From Octopus bimaculoides (Eukaryota), in NCBI RefSeq assembly GCF_001194135.2, contig NC_068988.1, positions 21,824,263-21,888,262 of the forward strand: a stretch of DNA of 64,000 nucleotides, given 5' to 3'. Numbering within the stretch: the first letter of the stretch is position 1; every line of letters starts with the position of its first letter. The notes below the pieces were generated by a model. That model ran no database searches, was not told where the DNA came from, and worked only from the letters and a program-made list of their open reading frames with translations. Below are positions 51,875-64,000 of the stretch, piece by piece. Both the position numbers and the translations under genes were made by a program.

Positions 51875-52080
51875 ATGAGCGATAGTCAGAGTATTTTAGT
51901 TGAACAAGACTACAGGAAACTGATGTTGAACTCTGATGCAGAGATAACATCACAGCATAGACAAAGGCTTGACATAATTTCTCTGAGAGCTCTTACGAAA
52001 GATCAAATACTATGGAGGAAACCATCTCATATTAGTGCAGTTTCTGACAAAGGCAGACACAGCGGGAATTGATGTGAGCG
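51875..52080 (+). pseudogene. Possible RTE-type LINE ORF C-terminal remnant
   Basis: LDIISLRALTKDQILWRK resembles the L..LM.DR..WR end motif of RTE ORFs. Weak. Confidence 0.25.
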
Positions 52081-52344
52081 ATAGAAACACAACAGCGATG
52101 AAGATAACATAGCTTTAGAGAAACTGGACTGTAGTTACATTAACATGAAACAACACAGAAACAACATAAAATATTGTGTTAACAACATTTATGTCATCCT
52201 GAACATCAACAATACAGTTAACAGCAGTAAAATCAAGATATAGTTAACAAGAATGAAAAGACAAGAAGAGCGGCAACGTCCAAATTAACAAGTATGACAT
52301 TGTCGTCATTATAATTAATATAGACAATACAGGAATAGGAATGG

Positions 52345-52460
52345 CTGAGCGATGAAGAAGGTCGCTTTGCGACCTCGTGATTTCAGGTTCTGTCCCACTA
52401 CACGGCACCTTGGACAAATAACTTCTATTATAGCTCCGCGCCTTCTGAGTGAATTTGTTA
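52345..52460 (+). mobile_element. SINE-C head fragment
   Basis: GGAATGGCTGAG..CAGGTTCTGTCCCACT..GGCACCTTGGACAAAT.ACTTCTATTATAGC. Confidence 0.65.
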
Positions 52461-52836
52461 AGGACAGTGTACAACAACTGTAATAACATGTTGAGCCCAG
52501 TGAGTAATATTAGCAAAATTAACAACATTAACGCCACAGATGGTGTCAACAGTAGGTAAAAGATCTCAAGTTGCTGCAATAACATCTCTGCAACGAACTA
52601 ACCTCTACAGTACACTGCCGTTCAGGGTTGTAGACCTACTAACAAGCAGCTAAAGCATACCACGCTGTATGTTTTAGAAGAACGAAAGACCTTGACTTAC
52701 ACAAAATATAATATGGCTGAGAAAAAAAACCAAAAAAACGTAAATCATTGAATTATCTTTCATTATGCAAAGTTATATAGTAGAATGTAACGTGAAAATA
52801 TAAGGGGTTTTTATTTTCTTTTTTTGCCTTGAGAGA

Positions 52837-53046
52837 CTCTCTTTTACTTGTTTCAGTCATTTGACTGTCGGCATGCTGGAGCACCAATTTTAGTCGAGTA
52901 CATCGACCCCAGGACTTATGCTTTGTAAGCTTATTACTTATTCTATCGGTCTCTTTTGCCAAACCGCTAAGTTACGGGGACGTAAACACACCAACATTGG
53001 TTGTGAAGCGATGTTGGTGGGGACAAATACAGACACACAAACATAT

Positions 53047-53077
<31 letters not shown>

Positions 53078-53836
53078 GATATATATATACTACTTTATTT
53101 TTTTTATAATTTATAATTTATAATTTACCTTGATTACATATCCTTAAATTATTTCTCAAAATCATTTAAAACTTTAAAATAAATATAATTATTTGATAGG
53201 GTTAATCATAATGATGTAAATTATGTAGATCAAAAACCTTATTTTTCTAGACTTACCTCCCTTTGACCATTAATTTGTATTTCTGCAAGATCTATGATAG
53301 GTAATTTTTCTTTTCATTTCTTTTCTTCTCAAACCTCTAACGGTTTTCTTATTCGATAAATCAGCGTCGTAAGCATGTCGTCACTTAATATCCTAGGTTA
53401 ACAATTGCACTTAGGTACTCTACTATATAACGGTTTTTCTTAACCCATATTGCAAGCAGTTTCAATATGTTCATGTCCATACAACCTGATTAGAACTTCT
53501 TTATATACATGTAATTTATATACAAATAATAATGTTGTCTTTTGTGAATTAATGTAACTTGGCCCAGAAGAGATGGAAGGCCCTAATTTCTTATCTCAGA
53601 CAAGAGTAAGTCGGGATCTTGCATCGAAATGCGCATAGGATAATAAACAAGTTTTATTAATATATAGGATTGCGTCATGGCTCTTATTTCAATTGATATG
53701 CACCCAGTTGTATCACCTATACGAAAGTCGTTATATCTAAACCAAATATAAACAACTTTTCAAGTGAGAACTTTGCTACTTTGGTAACAGTTACAATATT
53801 TATCTTAACAAAATATTTGGCAGATATCTAAATACG

Positions 53837-53873
<37 letters not shown>

Positions 53874-54030
53874 GACGGGCTTCTTTTAGTTTCCGTCTAC
53901 CAAATCCACTCACAAGGCTTTGGTTGGCCCTAGGCTATAGTAGAAGACACTTGCCCAAGGTGCCACGCAGTGGGACTGAATCCGGAACCATGTGGTTGGT
54001 AAGCAAGCTACTTACCACACAGCCACTCTT
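52837..54030 (-). mobile_element. SINE-C split by an ~750-bp insertion in its internal (TA)n
   Basis: 3' half at 52837-53090 and 5' half at 53842-54030 are collinear with intact copies. Imperfect flanking repeat GCCTTGAGA (52826-52834) and GCCTTGCAGA (54033-54042). Confidence 0.85.
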
Positions 54031-54139
54031 ACGCCTTGCAGAAAAATTCGTTCGTTGGTTTGCAGTAGCAGCATTACTTACAACCGTAAATTATAGACCA
54101 AAAATAAGCACCTGGAGGCCTTCAGACAGCGAGAAGAGA

Positions 54140-54344
54140 CTTTATTCGGTCACTCGATCGGCTAGAAATAGCAAGTAAAAAATTCCCAAAATTGCACCAA
54201 AGCATATTGAATGAAGAGATGAGAAATGAAAAAAAAAAAGAAAGAAAGAAAGTGTTAAAAAGGTATTCCCGGGTATATGGTCATAGCTGGAACGCTTTTG
54301 ATCTTCGGTCTGTTCGATCATAGTGGAACAGACTCTGAACAACA

Positions 54345-54375
<31 letters not shown>

Positions 54376-54521
54376 TGACACTAACAACAGCAACAAGAAC
54401 AACAACAATAATAACGAGAGCAACACCAGCAGTAACAGCAACAACAACAACAACAAATGCGGTTGATCAGAACTGGAACACCTTTGATCATTGATCTGCT
54501 TGATCAGAGACGACCTAGGGT

Positions 54522-54555
<34 letters not shown>

Positions 54556-54627
54556 AGACGTGTTCATAACAGCTGGAATATCTTTGATCACAGATCTGCT
54601 TGATCAGAGTTGTCCGGGGGCTTAAAC
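54140..54627 (+). mobile_element. Repeat-G 3' end with its terminal ~65 bp present three times, each followed by (AAC)n
   Basis: Units at ~54277-54340, 54458-54526 and 54557-54627 share CTGGAA..TTTGATC....TCTG.T.GATCA. Confidence 0.75.
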
Positions 54628-55491
54628 TAGAACAATAACAACAACAACATCATCATGTTCATCATCATGACAAAAAAACAACAAAAACTGCAACTCAAAA
54701 TGTCATTGCACTTAAGAGAAACCAATATTTGTTGTAGCTGTCTTATATATCATTCAACAAACATATTTGTTTCTCTAGTTATGCCAAATGAGTTGGCCAG
54801 CTTCCCGAACTTGGCCAAGTCGTGATCATCAATGATATTTTCAGAGAAACATCGTTATAACATTTTCTCATTCATGAGAAAATACATATTCATATTTCAA
54901 CAGCAATGTTGAAGCCAGCCACCGAGAGAGAAGTCTCTATGACGTCGGTTGATCTGATATAAATAACAGCCAAACTGAGCTCAAATTAATCGTTATCACA
55001 TTTAAACGAAAGAAAAAGAAATGGCAGGATCCATTGTGGTCCGTGATATTACAAAAATATAGGTCGGCGCAGTTAATACTGACCAGGGGGGGGGGGTGCT
55101 GAACATCAAAGACATTGTGGATTGGACCCGTCCGTTTAGACTCTCATTTTTTATAACCATAACATCCTCACGATGCAACGCGGGACTCTATTACATTGTA
55201 AATCAACCTGCTAGAAATAGCTCTTAAATCTTCTTCTGTCTTCAACGAGGGAAATGATACATTGCTCAATGTCCTCTAATGACTGAAACAAGTAAAAAAA
55301 AAAAAAAAAAAAAAAAATATATATATATAGAAAAAAAAATCGGGGTTGATCCATTCGACTAAAAATTCTTCAAGGCGTTGCCCCAGCATGACCGCAGTCT
55401 AATGACTGAAACAAGTAAAAGTGTAAAAAAAAAAGTGAAAAATAACCGAAAAATATAACAGAGGGTTTTGACGCTTTCGCACTTTAACTTA

Positions 55492-55551
55492 GGGGATTTT
55501 GTCCGAGGGGTTTCTGTCCTGGGGGATTTTGACCTAAGGGTTTTTGTCCGG
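55492..55551. repeat. 15-bp tandem repeat, 4 copies
   Basis: GGGGATTTTGTCCGA, GGGGTTTCTGTCCTG, GGGGATTTTGACCTA, AGGGTTTTTGTCCGG. Confidence 0.85.
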
Positions 55552-56433
55552 ATCCCGTTTCCGTATATCGTTTTAAAACGGTTCGTAAAATTGTGTTCCT
55601 TTGTTTTAAAACGTAACGTAAACAGTGAATAAATTGCTGGCAATGAAATTAGTGCAGAAGAGACAACTGTTATTTTCGATCGGGTATGGCTCGATAACAA
55701 GTACCATAGTTTCACCCATTATCTTAGGTGTCTTATAGCGAGTAGACATAGACTCGCTATAATCCCCTACACATTTAACACAGCGGAACATAGGAGATGT
55801 CGTAGTTAGTAGGAGGAGCTCTAAAACCAACGAGCTGTTTTTGTGTACAGCTGAGTAGATTGAACTTATAGGAAATGAAGTACATTGGTACTGGACACAA
55901 TGGGTTAATCGAACAAGGAACTGCAGTCAGAACTTTATAATCACCAGCCAAACACCCTAACTGCTAACACGCGTACCTTCTCAATAGAACAAGTAGCAGA
56001 GTGAAATAAATACTGGAAGGGTTGTATAATTACGTAAAGCAAAGAGAATTATATAGGACAAACAGGATGAAAATTAATACACGAAGTTGAGTAACATGTA
56101 CAACACATCGATGCTTCATCTCCTGAGAATGCTGCATGTAGTGAACGACCATACATTGATGCAGATGGAGAATTCAAAATATACAGTTTTTCAAAATACA
56201 GGTTGAAAAATGCTTGAGAGAAGAATTCTTTGTAAGAATTCTAAATATGAAAGTAAACAAGAAACATTTAACACCGCTGCTAAGAACAATTTTCTCTATA
56301 CGGATTACCACATAACACGTGTGTTTGAAAAGCTGAACATATTTTGAGCACTTTCAGTGGAAAATATCTGGTTTAGACTAATTATGATCAACCTTGAGAG
56401 ATATGTATGGACCATTTGTGTGTGAATGTGTGC

Positions 56434-56471
<38 letters not shown>

Positions 56472-57181
56472 NNNNNNNNNNNNNNNNNNNNNNNNNNNNN
56501 NNNNNNNNNNNNNNNNNNNNNNNNNNNNNNNNNNNNNNNNNNNNNNNNNNNNNNNNNNNNNNNNNNNNNNNNNNNNNNNNNNNNNNNNNNNNNNNNNNNN
56601 NNNNNNNNNNNNNNNNNNNNNNNNNNNNNNNNNNNNNNNNNNNNNNNNNNNNNNNNNNNNNNNNNNNNNNNNNNNNNNNNNNNNNNNNNNNNNNNNNNNN
56701 NNNNNNNNNNNNNNNNNNNNNNNNNNNNNNNNNNNNNNNNNNNNNNNNNNNNNNNNNNNNNNNNNNNNNNNNNNNNNNNNNNNNNNNNNNNNNNNNNNNN
56801 NNNNNNNNNNNNNNNNNNNNNNNNNNNNNNNNNNNNNNNNNNNNNNNNNNNNNNNNNNNNNNNNNNNNNNNNNNNNNNNNNNNNNNNNNNNNNNNNNNNN
56901 NNNNNNNNNNNNNNNNNNNNNNNNNNNNNNNNNNNNNNNNNNNNNNNNNNNNNNNNNNNNNNNNNNNNNNNNNNNNNNNNNNNNNNNNNNNNNNNNNNNN
57001 NNNNNNNNNNNNNNNNNNNNNNNNNNNNNNNNNNNNNNNNNNNNNNNNNNNNNNNNNNNNNNNNNNNNNNNNNNNNNNNNNNNNNNNNNNNNNNNNNNNN
57101 NNNNNNNNNNNNNNNNNNNNNNNNNNNNNNNNNNNNNNNNNNNNNNNNNNNNNNNNNNNNNNNNNNNNNNNNNNNNNNNNN

Positions 57182-57225
<44 letters not shown>

Positions 57226-60200
57226 TATACATTCAGGCATTCACTTATATATGTATACATACACTTGTACACGAACCCTCACACACAAATATATGTATAT
57301 GTGGATGTAAGACTGTGTGACTGCGTGTGTGTGTGTGTTTGTGTGAGCGCGCACGTTCGTGCTTGATCGTTATATACGCAATATTCCGCTACCTTTGCAG
57401 GCAACAGTATCTTCTTTGAACAAAAATAAAATAACGATAAACCATAAAATAAGATATAGCCAGAAGAAGGGAAATTGAAAAGAAAAAAAAAAGAAAAAAG
57501 CAACTAAATAGCAAAGAAACTAACCATATTAGCAACAACATAAAAAAGTAAAAATAAAAATAGAAAAAAAAAAAAAGACTAAACGTTTCAAGATAGTTAT
57601 AGCCTGCAGGAGAGGAGGACGGGTCAAAAGATTTGTTCATCCATACTGCGACCAAATTCTTTCCCCCTAGTGTAACCAAGCCATGAAATCGTTTTTATTG
57701 GTCCACAGTTTCTAAAGCGTATATCTTCTCTCGCCTATAAAAGCTGTCATCAACTGTAAACGAGAGCAATGATTCGTTAAAGCGTGATACGGCAGAGGAA
57801 AATAGGCTTTCACTGAACCTGATAAATGAATTATTCCAAGGTAGATTTGAGAAATTATTTTACAATTGGNNNNNNNNNNNNNNNNNNNNNNNNNNNNNNN
57901 NNNNNNNNNNNNNNNNNNNNNNNNNNNNNNNNNNNNNNNNNNNNNNNNNNNNNNNNNNNNNNNNNNNNNNNNNNNNNNNNNNNNNNNNNNNNNNNNNNNN
58001 NNNNNNNNNNNNNNNNNNNNNNNNNNNNNNNNNNNNNNNNNNNNNNNNNNNNNNNNNNNNNNNNNNNNNNNNNNNNNNNNNNNNNNNNNNNNNNNNNNNN
58101 NNNNNNNNNNNNNNNNNNNNNNNNNNNNNNNNNNNNNNNNNNNNNNNNNNNNNNNNNNNNNNNNNNNNNNNNNATATATATATATATATATACATATTTG
58201 TGTATATATATAGATAGATATATACACGCAAACATATATATGTGTGCGTGTATATGTATGTATATGTAATCGATTAATGAGGAGACACATGTGACTAAAA
58301 GGCTGAGATTCTTGCGCATATCACTGATGAAACCGATATACACACGAAACTCTCAATTATTGAAATATTTTTCTAACCTGTAACGATTAATAATTAATAA
58401 GTTAATAAAAATATGCATTCTCATGTATTATCTTCTATTTAGCCCGTTTATTGTATTAAACCCACATAATTTTCTCTCTTTCTTTCTGTCCCTGTCTCTC
58501 TCATGTGATTTTATCAATTTCTGGCATTGCGCATAAATTACAAACGACATATCCATGACAATTTCGACATTGGTATGTAGACATCAGAAAAGAATACCTT
58601 ACACTGTCTATTTGAACTCCGATTTCGTATCCCACCGATTTCAATTTTCGCTTGGCAGTTTTTGGTGTCAATAAGTAAAATGCCAATCAAATTTGTTTAA
58701 TTGGCCGAACTGATAAGGGAGCGGAAAGGATTCCTGACGTTCTTTGCTCCAGCTCTTGGCATTCTCGATTCAATGCTCATCTGGGATGCTCTCGTTTTCT
58801 TGTCAGTTAATCTTGTTACATTTTATTTTTGCTAACTGTATTAATTTGATACCCTTGATTCATCTTTGGAATGGGAATTCCATTAGGTTATATGTATATA
58901 AGTGTGTACCTATGGGTGCCCTTTTGCGTGTATGCTTGTTGTTACTACGTTGTATCTCAACTAACTTAACCATTACCAAATCACACAGAATTGTCTTAAA
59001 AGTTAACAAAAATGGTACATTGGAAAATGTTGTCCTTGGTATACAAAATGACACGATGACTCTAGCCGTAATCATTCTGTCGTTTGATCAGCAATGATCG
59101 CGAAATAATCAACAAAAAACGTGAGGATTAATTTCGACTCTCCATTCCTGCCATTTCTATATAGTCGTAACGTAGCGCTTTCGTTGTCTTCCTTTTCCTC
59201 TTTTACGAGTTTGTCCTTGTATAAGCGTTTCTAGTGGAGAAGGAGTGACTAAGAATCACGTGACAGCACCAAACCACTTCATTTTTCCATTTTTCACATC
59301 TGACAGATGAGTTCGTGCCCCTCGTTTTTCCTAACAATTTATTTCCCAACACTCTCACGAGTTGATGTTCTATAAATGATATACGAAAAACCGTATTTGA
59401 TGGCAGAAGAGATACACAAGTATATTAGACTCATCCAATTTCAACAAGGGTAATACTTATCTCCATTTAAAAGTGGATGTTGTGTTAGAACACAAAACAC
59501 CGCGTCATTTAGCATGAGAGAACTTCTAATAAAAACTCGTTCGCTATCAACTTCGAATATAAAACCAGGTGTGATGTTTTAAGACTTTTAAAAATAAAGT
59601 ATGTGAGTTTTATATGCCGCCAAAACTGTGCCATTCTCTATAAAATTTTATTTCAATAACAATGATCTTTTTCTGACTTTCCGCACCCAAATTGTAACAA
59701 TTATATATTTTACAAACAGCGCCCTCTATTGCTGTGGCTGTTCCATCTGCTGCAATCCAGTGTTTTACTACATTCTTTAGTCTCATACCTTTTCGTTATT
59801 ATTCTTTCCTAATATCTAAATTCATCAGTAAATTTGAGCGACTACCCTGTTACTTCAGCTCTGTTGACCATTTGCTTCCTCCCCACTTTTACTAGTTATT
59901 ATCATTTCGGTTTTATCAACCCTTCTTTGTATTTTGTGTCTTCTTGAAACTGTATCAACACTTGTTATCAAATATCTAAATTCTTCAGTTGACCCATCAA
60001 ATCAATACCAACTCAAAAAGGACATTAGTGACACCTCTGCCTCATATCTTAACAATTCTTTCGAAAGACTTAAGGGATTCCTTTATTATGCAATCCCGAA
60101 ACACATTGAAAATGCTTAAAATATGGAGGATACATTTCTTTATGTAGTCCTACACCTTTTTCTGTTGGAATAAAAAAGGACTGGATTTTCTTGACAAACA

Positions 60201-60314
60201 GGGGCTAAACAGAACATTGGGAATAGGGCTAAACAAGACCAGTGATAAAAAAAAAAACATACATTGTCCCATATAGTGAAGAAAACCGATGCGTTTCGTA
60301 CTTTTCTTGATGAA

Positions 60315-60706
60315 GCATGGTTGTATGGTGAAAAAGCTCGCTTTGCAATCACATAGTTTCGGGCTCAATCCCAGTGTGTGATACCATAGGCAAGTGTCTT
60401 CCACTATAATCCCTGGCCTTGCGAGTGAATTTACCGGGCGGAAGTTGTTTGGACGCCTATCGTATATATTCATATACATGCACATGTATACGCCTTTTGA
60501 CCCTGTGTTTGTATCTCCTCACCAGCGCTTGATAACTGTTATTGAGCTGTTTACGTCCCCGTAAATAGCGGTTCGGCAAAAGGAACCGATATAACAATTA
60601 CCGGAGTTAACTAATAAGTCCCGGGCTCGATTTGTTTGACTAAACCCTTCAAAGCGGTGCCCCAGCATGGTCGCAGACCATTGATTGAAACAAGTAAACG
60701 ATAAAG
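60315..60706 (+). mobile_element. SINE-C, old full-length copy
   Basis: Degenerate head, GGCAAGTGTCTTCCACTATA, TTTACGTCCCCGTAA..GCGGTTCGGCAAAA, and tail GCGGTGCCCCAGCATGG..TGAAACAAGTAAA. Confidence 0.85.
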
Positions 60707-61304
60707 ATAACAGAGTTAATAGAATAACAGAATCGACAGAGTAACAGAATCAACAAGACACCATAATCACAGCTGGTATCGATCCATTTCTTGGAAAAGA
60801 GAAGTGAAGGAATCCCGTTTTGCCGTAAGGACAGGATACCATATGCCACGCTGCCAAGAAAATACAAACTCAGTCGTTTGACTATGAGGCTTAATTTTCC
60901 ATAGATACATATGGATATTACACTGCATGAATAAGGGTTTACATCTTAGCTAGTTATATTAGTATTATTTGTGACAACTTCTTTATAGTGCGATACACAG
61001 CAGGCTCCGTCCCGGTGTTTATGATTGACTGAGGTTTTTTGTGACCAACCAACCGAGTGACTGGCCGACAGACCGCCCACGGTCAGACAATAATGTTGAA
61101 AATACAACGGAAGACAAAGAGAAATATATANNNNNNNNNNNNNNNNNNNNNNNNNNNNNNNNNNNNNNNNNNNNNNNNNNNNNNNNNNNNNNNNNNNNNN
61201 NNNNNNNNNNNNNNNNNNNNNNNNNNNATATATATGCATACATACATATATACATACATACATACATACATATATACATACATACACACACATAAACATA
61301 CACA

Positions 61305-61339
<35 letters not shown>

Positions 61340-63088
61340 ATTTAGATTTACTTTCACTCGGCGTAGTTTTGTTTTATGCATTCCTCGTCTCATTGTACAA
61401 GTTGGTTTGGTATACTGGCGACGAATGATTAATGTTGAAATTAAGATGGGCCAAGAAGACCAACCACATCTTTCCTCACACATGTATACCCAGACATACA
61501 GGCATGCACACACACACACACACACACACATATACTCATGCATTTATGTGTGTGTGTGTGTGTGTGTGTATTTGTATGTTTACGTGTGTGTGTGTGTGTG
61601 CCTGCATGTGTGCGTGGGTGCATGTGAGACTGTGTAGCTATATGGTAATATTTTACACGTTGTGTGTCTATAATTTTTTTCGAGAATATTTCATACTTAT
61701 GGCGGAAAACTTTTCGACTTCATTTTCTTGCAATGATAGGCGATTGTTTTTAGAATAACTTTTTACATAATTTCCATGGATATAGATTTTATTCTAAGTA
61801 ATTTTGATTTTCATTTCTTCCGGTATTGGTTTCTGAAAATGTATGTTTGCCGTAAATTTGTTAAAATAGATATTGATCAAGCGGAGAAACGTTATCTTCT
61901 GTCAATGAAGATATGGATATAAACTTGAGTGAAATAGATTATGATAAGGCCGATATGCACTGATCTATCTGAGTGATGTTTTAGCGAGGTAATTTTATGA
62001 AAAAATAGTATTAAGATTTTTATGATAAGAATAATACTAGACAGTTAAACTTCTAAATTTAATTTTAAAATTCAAATGTGAGTAATATATAAGGTATAAG
62101 ACTGTTTATGATACTAGGTCAATAAATGTGGAATAAAACGATGGATTTTATCAGTTGAGTCGTTTTATATTCAAGTTAATGGGTTTATTTGTAGGGAATT
62201 TAAAACATAGGCGAACTTTGTTAGAGCCAATGAAAGAAAGACAAAAGAGAGCTAAGCTAGTTAACTATTATTGCAACTTTAATACTACAAAAAGATTGCC
62301 TTTAGAGTAAAAGTCTAGTTAAGAATATATCATATTTCAATTTGAAGCATAAAATTGTATTAAAATTTGCATTAGTCTCGAATCTGCTTAAATATAGATG
62401 TAATAAACTAAGTTGATGAGAGGTTATCGGTTTGCCTCTAAGAATTGCGCAAAGTGTTTACATGATTGTAAAAACGTCGTTAAAATGATTAGCTGTTAAA
62501 CTTAAATCTGACATAGCACTGAAACTAATATAGACAGCTATGCATATTACTAGTGCTTTCTATGTACACTTTCTTGAAAAGGTGCAACGATTCGAGTTAA
62601 TATACAAATACAGGTATGAGAATTCGTTTAGTAGTGGGAAGATCTTGAAGCAGTTAGTATTAATAAAAATGTGTTATTAATAATAATAGGAGATTGTGAG
62701 TGGTGACATCTTTTTGGTTGTAGATTCTAGTGTTTCTGCGCAGGTACGAGGTGTTTATGTAAAATATGGTGGATGATAGATGAGCCGAACCAAAGCAAAG
62801 CTTGCGTTCTTGTTTGGGAATGTATATGTGGATACATATATGTTGTAAGCATAATTTTAGAAAGTTAAATAAATACTTTACACGGGGAATTTTACAGATA
62901 CAAAGTTATGTCATGGAAGTTGATGTTTTAAGGTAAAATTCAATAATGATGGAATAGTTTCCTTAAGGAAAATAGGTCGACGGATTTTGACCCTTATTGT
63001 GGATTGAGTCTCTTCTCTCAAAGCAAATCACAAGCTTCAAGGATTTATAAAGACAGGCAGAGGGAGACGGAAAGAGAGTGAGAGTGTG

Positions 63089-63517
63089 TGGTACCTTGGG
63101 CAAGTGTCTTCTACTATAGCCTCGGGTCAACCAAAGCCTTGTGAGTGGATTTGGTAGACGGAAACTGAAAGAAGCCCGTCCTATATATATNNNNNNNNNN
63201 NNNNNNNNNNNNNNNNNNNNNNNNNNNNNNNNNNNNNNNNNNNNNNNNNNNNNNNNNNNNNNNNNNNNNNNNNNNNNNNNNNNNATATATATATATATAC
63301 ATGTATATGTGTGTACATATGTTTGTGTGTCTGTTCCCCCAACATCGCTTGACAACCGATGCTGGTGTGTTTACGTCCTCGTAACTTACCGGTTTGGCAA
63401 AACAGACCGATAGAATAAGTACTAGGCATACAAAGAATAAGTCCTAGGGTCGATTTGCTCGACTAAAGGCGGTGCTCCAGTATGGCCACAGTCAAATGAT
63501 TGAAACAAGTAAAAGAG
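63089..63517 (+). mobile_element. SINE-C, 5' head truncated
   Basis: Starts at GTACCTTGGGCAAGTGTCTTC, internal (TA)n spans a gap, and the 3' body and tail are intact. Confidence 0.92.
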
Positions 63518-63624
63518 TGTCGAGTAAAGACATATATGCATATAGAGATATATGCATATATAGACACACACACACACATATACACACACACATATATATA
63601 TATTGTTGAAATTTATAGAATCTA

Positions 63625-64000
63625 TTTGCAAAAGCCTTTGACAAAGTTGATCATGGCTTGATATGTCACAAGCTGCGAAACCTTGGCATAGCTGGTAAAT
63701 TAGGAGAGTGGCTGCATGACTTCCTGAATGGTAGAAGTCAGACAGTTGCAGCCAATGGAGAACTATCTAGGGAAACACAAATATTGAGCGGTGTTCCACA
63801 GGGAACTGTTCTGGGGCCACTACTGTTCATAGTGGCCCTTCTGGACATGCCCACGGTCACTCGGAGAGCCACTGTCACTAGCTATGCTGATGACACAAAG
63901 ATATCTCAGGCAATAAAGAATCCTGATGATATTGTAAGCCTGCAGAATGACCTAAATGCAATATATGAGTGGGCAGAGCAAAATAATATGCAGTTCAATG
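63625..64000 (+). mobile_element. CR1-type LINE reverse transcriptase, 5'-truncated, running off the window
   Basis: 125 open codons: FAKAFDKVDHG..LGI.GKLGEWL.DFL.GRSQ.V..NG..S......SGVPQGTVLGPLLF..SYADDTK..LQNDL..IYEWAEQNNMQFN. Missed by the ORF track because it has no stop inside the window. Confidence 0.97.

Noticed and set aside
55830-56400. Possible LINE-derived coding remnant
   Set aside because: I could not recover any diagnostic motif in six frames.
59760-59830. Minus-strand CTGATGA..GAAA as a hammerhead
   Set aside because: Stems II and III cannot form and no cleavage triplet is in register.

Overview
Eukaryotic, AT-rich, gap-rich DNA made almost entirely of repeats. I found no host protein-coding gene, tRNA, rRNA or CRISPR array that the sequence supports. 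Most entries in the ORF track are microsatellite or N-gap artefacts. The repeat content and assembly style point to an octopus (coleoid cephalopod) genome; this is inference from my recognition of the repeats, not from a database search. The window holds many copies of tRNA-derived SINEs. I label them SINE-A, SINE-B and SINE-C for this report only, because I cannot map them to the published octopus OK/OR1/OR2 names without alignment. It also holds a decayed one-ended DD34D mariner (12860-13957, minus), CR1-type LINE fragments (15780-16302 and 63625-64000), a Tc1 N-terminal fragment, decayed hAT- and APE-like coding fossils, a 235-bp MITE with perfect 29-bp TIRs, and long microsatellites. The most interesting signals concern retroposon architecture: a heterodimeric SINE-A inserted as one unit and seen twice with the same junction; one SINE-B head joined to four different bodies; a SINE-C 3' tail resembling the 3' end of the CR1 LINE in the same window; a 200-bp-period SINE ladder; a SINE split by an insertion into its internal (TA)n; and weak hammerhead-like cores beside (TA)n tracts.
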